Assembly (NCBI GenBank): GCA_002726845.1
Contig: PBSP01000019.1
Span: 1-42,813 of the forward strand
Length of the DNA stretch: 42,813 bases
Direction of reading: 5' to 3'
Source of the DNA: Methanobacteriota archaeon
GTDB taxonomy: Archaea; Thermoplasmatota; Poseidoniia; Poseidoniales; Poseidoniaceae
Shown: positions 32,206 through 41,900 of the stretch, in pieces
How positions within the stretch are numbered: the first letter of the stretch is position 1
How the letters are laid out: each line of letters opens with the position of its first letter
The notes under the pieces: generated by a model
Databases searched by the model: none
The model's input: the letters and a program-made list of their open reading frames with translations, nothing else
Told to the model about the DNA's origin: nothing
Program-made: the position numbers and the translations under genes

Positions 32206-34830
32206 TCAGTCCATCAATTTCTCAATTACTTTTACAACGTGTTCAACCGAAGGGATGGTATAATCTTCCAGTGGTGGTGAAAATGGTACAGGTGTATCGA
32301 TGGCTCCAATCACGACCGGTTGAGCTTCGAGTTGGTAGAAGGTCGATTCCACAATCCGGGATTGTATGGTATGGCCAAGTCCGCCGTGCCATTGTCCTTC
32401 CTGTAGAACGACAAGACGGCCTGTTTTTCTTACCGATGCAACGCATGATTCTGCGTCAAAGGGAATGAGGGTCCGTAAGTCGAGGATTTCAACCTCAATC
32501 TGTTTTGTCGCCAACTCCTCAGCAGCTATGGCAGCGATGTGAACCATTGCGCCCCATGTAACCAAAGTGACATGTGCCCCTTCTCGAAGTTTCGATGCTT
32601 TTCCAATGGCATGTTTTTCACCTTTTTTGAGCGCTTCATGCACGCTTTTTGTGTCGACCTTTTGGTTGATGTTCTGCCCCCAACCTGTTTGCCCTCCTCT
32701 GAGACCGTACAGACCAATATGTTCGAGGAACAGTACAGGGTCGTCGAGATGAGCCGCTTCGATCAGCAAATCATAGGCATCTTGCGGCGTACCTGGAGCG
32801 ATGACAACCAATCCTGGATCGTTTGCAAACCACGACTCGATCATGTTCGCATGGAAAGGGCCCGAGCGGGTTCGGGCTCCTAAAGGAATTCGAACGGTCA
32901 TGGGACAATCTGCACCCCATCGCCAACGCAACATAGCCGCATTGTTGACCAATGCATTGAATCCTAGCGCAGCAAATCCTCCAAACTGAATTTCCACCAT
33001 CGGACGCATTCCAGAGAGAGCAGAACCAACTCCAGTGTGTACAATGATTGCCTCGCAAAGAGGCATATCGATCAGTTTCTCTTGGTGACCTGCGTTCTTC
33101 AAGGCCATGTTCATACCAAAAGCACCGGCGACTTCCATATCTTCACCAATAAAGACACATGCATCGCCAAATTCGTTTGCAACATCCACCATTGCCTGCT
33201 GTATGGCCCGAGCATAAGTCCAACCACCCGAATCAACATAATTCAAAGGTTGAATGGACGCCTCCAATTGACCATCGAATGTCGAGCCTATGCTGCTGAA
33301 ATGCTCGTTGTGTGTTCTTGCATCATGAAGAGAAGTAACGCCTTTGGTAACGGTATCAGGTTGAGGCCAATCCATCGCTTCGACGATTTTTCGTGCCTCG
33401 TCGACATGCGCATGCTCTTCAGACTCCATTTCATCAAGATCGTTTTCGCTTGCACCGAGGGTTAGCATCAGGGCTCTATGGGTTGGAATCGGATCTTTAT
33501 CAGCCCAATATTCCAACATCTCGCGATCAACGTACCCGGGAGGTGTCCCGGTTTCGGAACCGAGATAGAGGTCGTCATGGTGGTGTGCATGACCGCACCC
33601 TCGCATCGTTTCAACATGAATCATTGTTGGCCCTCCTCCAGCAAGACCAAACTCGCGTGCTGTCGCTACGCTGGCGTGCCAAGCGGCCGGATCAGAACCA
33701 TCGATGGTCCAGCCTGGGAATCCCATGGCTTTCGCTTTGTCAGCCCACAGTTCAACGCCGGATTGATTTACTGGTGATGTATCGAGTGCAATTTGATTGT
33801 TTTGAAGGATGTAGCATATCGGCAAACCACGCGCTCCAGCGAAGTTGAGTGCTTCCCAGTACTCACCTGATGAGGATGCACCCTCTCCTATGCAGGCGAT
33901 GTGGAATCGGTCGAGGGATTGTTTCCAAGCAGCAAAAGCAAGACCGGTCATTGTAGCGCTTGCGATAGGCAGTGGGGCAGTTGGCGGAAGTACTCCCACA
34001 TGCCAGGCTCCAATGTGGAGGTCGCGTCCACCCGAACCTGCATGGCCTCCGTCTTGATTTGACCCTGACTTGCCCATTTGTGCAGCCATGACGTCAACAA
34101 CTGTGTCACCCATCGCTAATGCTAGGCCAACATCTCGAATCATCGGAGCAACCAAATCGCCTTCGTAACCGTTTCCTGGCCGATGTGATTTGTTTGGCTC
34201 TTCTGCACGACTCAATGCTGTTGCTACCGCAACCACACCTTCTTGCCAAGTCGAGCGGAACCCTTTCCCGCCAAAACGAGAACCGTCTGGTGTTTCCATG
34301 CCTGAAAAGAACACTTCCTTGAGGTGCGCATCCATGGCCCGTGTGCGCGTCATGAGGCGCTGCCATTCCATTCGTTGATTCATTGTTACCGACATGTAAT
34401 GTGCTAATCGGCGCAAACACAGTCGGAGATCGACAATTAAGTGGGTTATTCTCCGCTTCAGATGTTCATCAATTCGGCGACGCGGCATGACTTCATGTTC
34501 GAGTATTTTCGAAATTTTGTGTGTGTTTTGCGCCTCAAATCCTCTTCGAAAGGCGTCAATAAAGCGCTCACTGAACGTGTGCCAAGATTCGCCATCGAAA
34601 GACGTTTGACCGTCAACGTTGAGGTGATCCCAGATGTTTGCGGCAAGGAATACATGACCTTCATGGCGTTCCGTAAAAAACCGCATAACCTCTTCTCTAG
34701 CAGCGTCGATGAGAAGCGGTTGAGTAAAAGTCAACGCCGCATCTGGAATCCATTCCTTACCATGAATAATTGGCTGTGCACCTTGTTTCATGACCCGCCC
34801 CCGCATCTGCGAAGGAACCCATTGTTTCAA
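32206..34830 (-). CDS. fused 2-oxoacid dehydrogenase E1 component (alpha + beta) with N-terminal extension
   Basis: 874-aa ORF. It has a ThDP motif (IGEGASSSGEYWEALNFAGARGLPICYILQNNQIA), then a beta-subunit pyrimidine-binding region (FIGEDMEVAGAFG..., HTGVGSALSGMRPMVEIQF) and a C-terminal transketolase-C-like region (VTLVTWGAMV..., EVEILDLRTLIPFD). The track start at 34830 is a TTG; ATG alternatives lie at 34806 and 34791. Confidence 0.85.
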   Translation of the reverse strand: MKQWVPSQMRGRVMKQGAQPIIHGKEWIPDAALTFTQPLLIDAAREEVMRFFTERHEGHVFLAANIWDHLNVDGQTSFDGESWHTFSERFIDAFRRGFEAQNTHKISKILEHEVMPRRRIDEHLKRRITHLIVDLRLCLRRLAHYMSVTMNQRMEWQRLMTRTRAMDAHLKEVFFSGMETPDGSRFGGKGFRSTWQEGVVAVATALSRAEEPNKSHRPGNGYEGDLVAPMIRDVGLALAMGDTVVDVMAAQMGKSGSNQDGGHAGSGGRDLHIGAWHVGVLPPTAPLPIASATMTGLAFAAWKQSLDRFHIACIGEGASSSGEYWEALNFAGARGLPICYILQNNQIALDTSPVNQSGVELWADKAKAMGFPGWTIDGSDPAAWHASVATAREFGLAGGGPTMIHVETMRGCGHAHHHDDLYLGSETGTPPGYVDREMLEYWADKDPIPTHRALMLTLGASENDLDEMESEEHAHVDEARKIVEAMDWPQPDTVTKGVTSLHDARTHNEHFSSIGSTFDGQLEASIQPLNYVDSGGWTYARAIQQAMVDVANEFGDACVFIGEDMEVAGAFGMNMALKNAGHQEKLIDMPLCEAIIVHTGVGSALSGMRPMVEIQFGGFAALGFNALVNNAAMLRWRWGADCPMTVRIPLGARTRSGPFHANMIESWFANDPGLVVIAPGTPQDAYDLLIEAAHLDDPVLFLEHIGLYGLRGGQTGWGQNINQKVDTKSVHEALKKGEKHAIGKASKLREGAHVTLVTWGAMVHIAAIAAEELATKQIEVEILDLRTLIPFDAESCVASVRKTGRLVVLQEGQWHGGLGHTIQSRIVESTFYQLEAQPVVIGAIDTPVPFSPPLEDYTIPSVEHVVKVIEKLMD

Positions 34831-34861
34831 GGCTATGGATTCATGGGTTTGTCAGCGACTT

Positions 34862-35668
34862 TCACTCAGCCTCGCCAATTGCCTCTTTGAGAACACGAAT
34901 TGAGGTGCGAGTAACAATCACAGTTGCAACCACTGTTGCCACAATTCCTAGAAGAAGCAGCAACAGACCTCCACTCGATTGCGTCAATCCAGACATACCC
35001 GAGCGGCTTAATGCAATTGAACCCAAGGCGTGACCGTAGTAAGCATAGATGAAACAATAGATGATGCTCGATACGTTGGACAAAAGAAACACGCGCAGCG
35101 TAACTGGAGTTGCCGACATGATGTAATTCAACCATTCATCAGGGAGGATCGGTGAGAGACGTACAAGCACTGAAATTCGCATCGCATCCTCACCAAGGGC
35201 AGCTTCAATGTTCACCATCCGTTGATCGTTTTGTATCGCTTGTTGAATCGAATCTCGAAACAGCCATCTTCCAAGAACAAAGGCGATGAATCCCCCGACC
35301 ATCGATGCAACGAAATTAACAACAACGGCTACGTAAAACGGGAAGATTGCACCTGCACCAACCTTCACAAACGGTGTTGGTAGGAGGAGCACAATCGCTA
35401 AGGATAGTGCGATACAAAACAACACTGGCGACCAGATTCCAAATCCTTTGAACCAATCGATGATGTCAACAGCATCTTGGAATAAGACATAACCTGCAAC
35501 GCCACAAAATATCAAGGCAAGGAGACCAAATAAAGCGCGCCATTGATACACCCGGACTTTTTGCTGTTTCATCTGTTCGAGATTTTTACGCCCGTCGATG
35601 AGATGAAGTTCCGATGGACGAGGTAGTTGGGATACTGAGGGTCTCGGCAATCGTTTCAACCCAATCAC
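34862..35668 (-). CDS. TVP38/TMEM64 (DedA-related) family membrane protein
   Basis: 268-aa ORF with VLLLPTPFVKVGAGAIFPFYVAVVVNFVASMVGGFIAFVLGRWLFRD and LSPILPDEWLNYIMSATP blocks. The track start is a GTG that overlaps the response-regulator stop (GTGA). An ATG at 35572 is an alternative. Confidence 0.7.
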   Translation of the reverse strand: MIGLKRLPRPSVSQLPRPSELHLIDGRKNLEQMKQQKVRVYQWRALFGLLALIFCGVAGYVLFQDAVDIIDWFKGFGIWSPVLFCIALSLAIVLLLPTPFVKVGAGAIFPFYVAVVVNFVASMVGGFIAFVLGRWLFRDSIQQAIQNDQRMVNIEAALGEDAMRISVLVRLSPILPDEWLNYIMSATPVTLRVFLLSNVSSIIYCFIYAYYGHALGSIALSRSGMSGLTQSSGGLLLLLLGIVATVVATVIVTRTSIRVLKEAIGEAE

Positions 35669-36681
35669 TCCTCTTCCGAATCGGGTAAGGATGTAAGAAC
35701 ATCACCCAACATTTCTGTTGCGTCCTCAATTCGAGTCATCAGAGTGATGTCAGCAACGGCACCCGGTCTTCCAAGATCCCACATCAATTCGTGAACCATT
35801 TCCGTTGTCAATCGAGTCATTCGAAGGACCTGAGGGTCGATTCTTTCAAGATAATCGTCTTGTAAAAGAGCAACTTTCTCAGGTGCTTCGTCTAAAATAT
35901 CGTCCATTTTCGACTCAATTTGGTTTGCAATATTCGCAGCCTGTTGCTCGAGAATGGATTCCATGCCTCCGGAAGAAGCCGGTTTTGATTGTTCGCTTAG
36001 GTCACTGAGGGACTTTGTTTTTTTCAGATCCTCAAACGATGGCCCCGTTGCTTCATCACCGTCTTGGACCAATCGATTGAGTGCAACACGGAGGAGATTG
36101 GAGAGATCGGTTGCTTCCAAATCGAGGTCAACCTCCATTCCCTCTTCACCCATTTGAACCAGTATCTCGTTGATGAAGGACTCGTTGATTCGGTCGGGAC
36201 CGACAAGGCCCTTCAGCATCGGTAGAGCCCATCCCCCTCCTCCGGCCATAACAGCAACATCGAATGTACCACCTCCGGAATCAATCGACACATCTGCTGG
36301 TGGAGGAACAAACTGCTTTCTGCTGTGTTTCCAGAGTTGTTCAACCAACTGTTTCATGTCCACTGGTTTTCCAATCACCTCGTGGATTCCTGCCTTTGCA
36401 GCGACGAGCATGTAGTCCGGTGTTGTCGTTCGCGAGAGAAGAACAATCCTGCATTTGAAAGCGAATTCAGGGTCGCCCATCAGACGTTGAGCTGCATCGA
36501 TTGCATCGCCCGATTTCCATTCCCCGTCGATGAGAACAACCTCTGGCATAACGGCGAGTGCAGTTCCCTCTGCCTGTCGCAATGTCCCTGCACGCGTCAC
36601 ATCAAATCCTTCTCGCTCAAGGGTTGAGGCAAGAAGCGTACGCCGACCTTGATTCTCGTCGGCAACGATGATTTTTCCCAT
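35665..36681 (-). CDS. response regulator receiver protein with unrecognised acidic C-terminal domain
   Basis: It starts at the ATG at 36681 (MGKIIVADENQG); the track start at 36696 is a TTG. REC hallmarks are present: acidic pocket ADE, VVLIDGEW (phospho-acceptor Asp context), VLLS and IGKPVD. About 215 further residues have no recognisable output domain. Confidence 0.75.
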   Translation of the reverse strand: MGKIIVADENQGRRTLLASTLEREGFDVTRAGTLRQAEGTALAVMPEVVLIDGEWKSGDAIDAAQRLMGDPEFAFKCRIVLLSRTTTPDYMLVAAKAGIHEVIGKPVDMKQLVEQLWKHSRKQFVPPPADVSIDSGGGTFDVAVMAGGGGWALPMLKGLVGPDRINESFINEILVQMGEEGMEVDLDLEATDLSNLLRVALNRLVQDGDEATGPSFEDLKKTKSLSDLSEQSKPASSGGMESILEQQAANIANQIESKMDDILDEAPEKVALLQDDYLERIDPQVLRMTRLTTEMVHELMWDLGRPGAVADITLMTRIEDATEMLGDVLTSLPDSEEE

Positions 36682-36731
36682 GGTGGACGGTTTCAAACGA
36701 GGGCTCCGGCTCTTTGAACCTCACCCACAAA

Positions 36732-37886
36732 TCAGCCATGAAGAACGTCTTCTGGGGCGATTTTTCTCCAAGCCATGATGCCACCTGTGAGGTTGTAGAG
36801 ACGGGACGGTTCAACCCCGGATTGGCCGAGCAGCATAATGGCCAATTGTGAACGCATACCGCTGCGACAAATTACGACGACATCCCGTCCTTGTGGGACA
36901 TCACCTGCAACGGTATCGGCAACCTCGTGAACAACGTGCAAATCAAACGATGATAGGCGAATTTGCTCGAGTTCTTGTTCGCTGCGGACGTCAATGATGA
37001 ACGGATTCCACCCCTGTTGTTGTTTTGATTTCAACTCGGCTACACCGATGGATTGCAGCATAGCGTTGCCTGTGCCTTTGTCTTCTTGAACTTGCTGAGG
37101 ACGTGGTGTGCAATAGGTTGGATCTTCGAACAGACGTTGGGCTTCTGACAAATCGGCAATATCTGGTTTTGAATCAAGGGCATCAAATCGAAGGGTTTGC
37201 ATACGCATTGATTCGGCGTCATACAGCAACAATTTGCCGATGAGAGAAGGCTCCATTCCCACAAGGTATTTGATGACCTCTGTCGCCTGAAGACTACCAA
37301 CAACACCCGGCAGAACACCAAACACACCGGCTTCAGCACAGTTCTGTAACGCTGCAGCCGGAGGTGCCTCGGGAAACAAATCGCGATAACGGCGATTTCC
37401 CTTCGAGGAAAAGAACGAAACTTGCCCCTCAAATCGGTGAATTGAACCGTAAACCCATGGAATCGAAAGAAGATGACAAGCATCGTCAATAAGGTATCGA
37501 GTAGGGATGTTATCTGTCCCATCAACAATCACATCCCATCCCTCGAACAATTCAAGAGCATTCTCAGGACTAAGTCGTTCTTTGTGTTCAATGATGGTCA
37601 CGTTCGGGTCGAGCGCAAGAAGTTGCTCTTTAGCAGAATCAACCTTCATTCGACCGACGTCTTCGGTTCTGTGGAGAACCTGTCGTTGAAGATTTGAGAT
37701 ATCGACACGATCATCATCAATGATGCCGATGGTACCAATACCGGCTGCAGCAAGATAGAGAAGAACAGGACTGCCCAGTCCTCCTGCACCGACAACGAAC
37801 ACCTTTGCATTGGCCAACTTCTCTTGTCCCTCAATTCCAACTTGAGGAAGGACAAGATGACGGGCATGCCGTTGCATATCGACCAT
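36732..37886 (-). CDS. MoeB/ThiF-type E1-like adenylyltransferase fused to a C-terminal rhodanese domain (MoeZ/UbaA-like)
   Basis: 384-aa ORF with RHLVLPQVGIEGQEKLANAKVFVVGAGGLGSPVLLYLAAAGIGTIGIIDDDRVDISNLQRQ, NCAEAGVFG, and a rhodanese active-site loop ICRSGMRS. Confidence 0.85.
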   Translation of the reverse strand: MVDMQRHARHLVLPQVGIEGQEKLANAKVFVVGAGGLGSPVLLYLAAAGIGTIGIIDDDRVDISNLQRQVLHRTEDVGRMKVDSAKEQLLALDPNVTIIEHKERLSPENALELFEGWDVIVDGTDNIPTRYLIDDACHLLSIPWVYGSIHRFEGQVSFFSSKGNRRYRDLFPEAPPAAALQNCAEAGVFGVLPGVVGSLQATEVIKYLVGMEPSLIGKLLLYDAESMRMQTLRFDALDSKPDIADLSEAQRLFEDPTYCTPRPQQVQEDKGTGNAMLQSIGVAELKSKQQQGWNPFIIDVRSEQELEQIRLSSFDLHVVHEVADTVAGDVPQGRDVVVICRSGMRSQLAIMLLGQSGVEPSRLYNLTGGIMAWRKIAPEDVLHG

Positions 37887-37926
37887 GTTAGGGCGTGATG
37901 ATGCTCAATGAAATAGACATCGTTGC

Positions 37927-38856
37927 TCAATGACCGTTCTCTTCGAGCCACTTTTCCGCATCCATAGCCGCTTGGCAACCCATTCCTGCCGCAGTAATAG
38001 CCTGCTTGTAGCGTGTATCAACGACGTCACCTGCAGCGAACACACCATCAACCGAGGTCATAGTGTGGTTTTTGTGAATGATGTACCCGTTTTCATCGGT
38101 TTCAATTTGCCCGCCGAGGAAACCTGTGATTGGCTTGTGACCGATGGCAATAAAGGCGCCAGTGGCGGCAATTTCTTCCGTCGACCCATCTCTTGGATCT
38201 TCGAGGATTGCTCCTGTGAGGCCCTTTTCATCGCTCAGCCATTCTTTGATTTGACGGAATGTTTTGATCTCGATCTTTGGATGATTTGCAGCACGCTCGT
38301 ACATGATAGTGGAAGCTCGGAACACATCACGTCGATGGATGAGGGTCACTTTGGATGCGAATCGCGTCAAGAATGTCGCTTCTTCGCAGGCAGAATCTCC
38401 ACCTCCAACAACGAGCACTTCCTCATCCCGGAAAAACGCCCCATCACATGTAGCACATGTTGAGATTCCTCGTCCTTTTTGCTCCGCTTCTCCTGGAGCA
38501 TCAAGCCAGATTGATTCCGCACCGGTCGACACAATCAATGCGTGAGCGAAAAAATCCTCACCTTCAACCGTGACCTTGAACGGTCTTGATGATGTGTCCA
38601 CGGATTCGACGTTCTTGTCCTGCACCTTCAATCCGAATCGTTCGGCCTGCTCACGAAGTTGCATCATCATTTCAGGCCCACCGATTCCTTCAGGATATCC
38701 AGGAAAGTTCTCGATGTCGCTGGTCAACATCAACTGACCGCCGGACATGTATCCAGCGAACATAAGTGGTTCCAGCATCGCTCGAGCAGCATACAAACCG
38801 GCAGTGTAGCCTGCAGGACCTGAACCGATTATGATGACATTGTGAACTTCGGACAT
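37927..38856 (-). CDS. trxB: thioredoxin-disulfide reductase (low-Mr type)
   Basis: Trimmed to the ATG at 38856 (MSEVHNVIIIGSGPAGYTAG). It has the redox-active CATCDG, the NADPH-site VVGGGDSACEEA...HRRDVFRAS, and GVFAAGDV. Confidence 0.9.
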   Translation of the reverse strand: MSEVHNVIIIGSGPAGYTAGLYAARAMLEPLMFAGYMSGGQLMLTSDIENFPGYPEGIGGPEMMMQLREQAERFGLKVQDKNVESVDTSSRPFKVTVEGEDFFAHALIVSTGAESIWLDAPGEAEQKGRGISTCATCDGAFFRDEEVLVVGGGDSACEEATFLTRFASKVTLIHRRDVFRASTIMYERAANHPKIEIKTFRQIKEWLSDEKGLTGAILEDPRDGSTEEIAATGAFIAIGHKPITGFLGGQIETDENGYIIHKNHTMTSVDGVFAAGDVVDTRYKQAITAAGMGCQAAMDAEKWLEENGH

Positions 38857-38965
38857 TTGACTCACCCTCCTGCCAAGACCTCGATGGACTTGAACATTAT
38901 CCCTTTGATTTCTCAATCCATGCGTCGGCCAAACACCTATGTAGGACGGCATTCATTTTGCCCAC

Positions 38966-41900
38966 ATGAGTCGTAGACTCGTAACACTCGCACTCGTCTT
39001 GTGTCTGATGTTTCTGGTGAGTACAACAAATCCTCTCATTACAAGCGAGTTTTCAACGGACGAGGAAAATACTCAAGCCACATCTGGACGTTCTGTACAC
39101 TACGGAGATTGGGTGGCTCACCGTGAAATACCGATCGATTTTGGCTGTGGAGGATTTACTTATGGCTCACTAATTGATTCGAGCAATGATGGAATCATTG
39201 CAGCATATGCAGGACGTTGTTCCAAGGGACCTTCAAACGTATCGATTTACGATTCTGTCGATCTTCTTCTTCTTGAATCGTTTGAAACGAATTACGAGCT
39301 TGATTTTTTACAATTCTCTCCAGATGGAGACCTCCTCGCTTTAGCATCCTCTGGAAACGTAAAGATCTACAGCACGTCAGATTGGGAAGTATTGCTGGAC
39401 GAGACCATGACTGATTTTTTCATTTCAGACATGACATGGTCAGGCGATAGCGATAGATTGGTTGTTGCTACAGGTAACAACGGAGGTCACATGTACGAGG
39501 GCCCAGACTGGGACGAAGTTGATGGAACCACTTCAAACGGGGGACTTGTGACACATGACCCTACCGAAGACAAATTATGGTATCTCAATTCGGATGGGAC
39601 TGGAAACGTTTACGAGTATCAAAACGTTCCTTTGGCAGGATATCAATGGGTCATGACTCGATCATTCACGGTCAGTTGTGCTGGTAGTTGTTATGAATTG
39701 CTCAGTTCACCTGACGGGAATGAGATCCTGGTATCTGATTATTATGGCACTTACGTTTACTCTGTATCAGATTACAGCCAAGGAGAGGGTTTTTCAGGTA
39801 CAAATCCCTTATTTTCTTTCGATGGTTCAACAATGTTACTCCTCAACAATGATTATTATCAAGACAACGTTGTGTTAATTTCCACCAACGGCTGGTCAGT
39901 AGAGAGTGATTTCGTTGCAAAAAACAGCGGTTGGGACTCCATCACCATATCTTCAAACGATTCGGAAATTTTCCATATGACTAAAGTCTCCTCAAATGTA
40001 GTACTACTTACAGGATATATGCCGGATAGTGACGGTGATGAGGTCGTTGACTATCGTGATTTATGTCCCGGAACCGATGCACAGGAGGATTCCGATTCAG
40101 CGGGTTGCGCCCCAAGTCAAAGGGATTCGGATTCGGATGGCATCAACGATCGTGACGACTTTTGCCCCCGAACGAAAACGGGCGACTCCGTCGACAGCAT
40201 TGGTTGTTCTGTAGCACAACTTACAGACTCGGACAACGATGGTGTATCCGATTCTGATGATGAGTGCCCAGATACGTCCAATGACGGCATTCCCGACAGA
40301 AAAGGTTGCTCCGGTAATCAAAGAGATGTCGATGGTGATGGGATAGTTGATGAGCTTGACGAATGCCCCTTGGTCGCACAAAACAATTGCCCCAGAGTGA
40401 TTTTTTGGAACACCTCAACATCTGCAATAGAGGGTACCTCACAATTCCGGGACATTGAAATTTCTTCAGATGGGCAATACATCGCTGCATTCTCCTATCC
40501 GGACCTTTACATTCTTGATTCTGAATTCCAATCGATTGACATCGTTCAATCAACAAGTTATTACAACAGCATAACGGAAATCGAATGGAGTCCTGTAGAG
40601 AACAAATTGCTGATTTTTACGGACAATTACGATGGTGGTGTGTGCACGTACCAGATTTGGGATGGGACAACTCAGGATCTGTCAGAGGAATTCGATACCG
40701 ATGAGGATTGCAGCCAAATTTTACATGAGACTCTGCGATTTTCTCCCGATGGAACGACGTTTGCCTACACAACATTTTCTTGGACGAATTACCGAACGGT
40801 TACGAGCGTCAAGGATTTTTCAACCCATTTGACATTGCTCGAAGATAGAAATTTTAGAATCGATCATCTTGAGTTCAGCAACGATGGAAGCACCCTCATT
40901 GGAGGGGACGGTTCTCAACTTGTTATGTGGGACTTGATTGAATATGAGTTCGTAAACTCAAAGCGCGCACAAAGTACTGAGAGATTCTACCTCACACCGG
41001 ACGCGAACTATATTGTCACCACTAATGACGAAAATCTGTATTTTTACAAAACCTCAAATTTTGAACTTTCAAATTCCATTCAACTTACAGTCAATGAGTC
41101 AGAAATCACGGACATCACCTTTTCCAGAAGCGGCGATTTGATGTACGCTACAATTATGGTTGGGTTTTGTTCGTGGGGTTGTGAAGAGGGCTCAGGCGCA
41201 TTAACCAAACTTCATTCGTACAATCTCGATGGTGACGAACTTGACTTGCTTCGTTCAAGTGAAATCATCAATTCAGGAAACGCACTTGTTCCAGTTTATC
41301 ATCCACAAGAGCAATTTGCCTACGTCAAGCTCTATACACAAGACAACTACTCGCAATGGCTACCGGACTCAGATGGAGATGGGTTCATGGACAATGTCGA
41401 CCAGTGCCCGGGGACCGGCATTGATGTTGAGGTCGATGAAAATGGATGCGGCGGTGACCAACTTGATGATGATGGCGATGGTTTAGCAAATTTTGAAGAC
41501 CTTTGTCCAGATTCACCCAGTGGAATTGCAACCGATGAGAACGGTTGTACAGACCAACAAGTAGACGAAGACTTTGATGGTATTTGCAACGAAGATGCTT
41601 TGAGTGATGGTCCTTCAAATTGTGTTGGAGAAGACGAATGTCCCCAATCTGCAAATGGGATTGCAGTTGACAACTACGGTTGCAGTTGGGCACAACAAGA
41701 TCACGACAGTGATGGAGTAAACAATGCGGATGATGAGTGCCCTGATACCGAAATTCCAGGTGATGCCGATCAAAACGGTTGCGATCGAAAACAGCGCGAT
41801 ACTGACGGAGACTCAATCAAAGACTACTGGGACGATTGTGAATCCACGCGCCAAGGAGATGTCATTGACGAATTCGGTTGTTCCGACCTTCAGGTCGACG

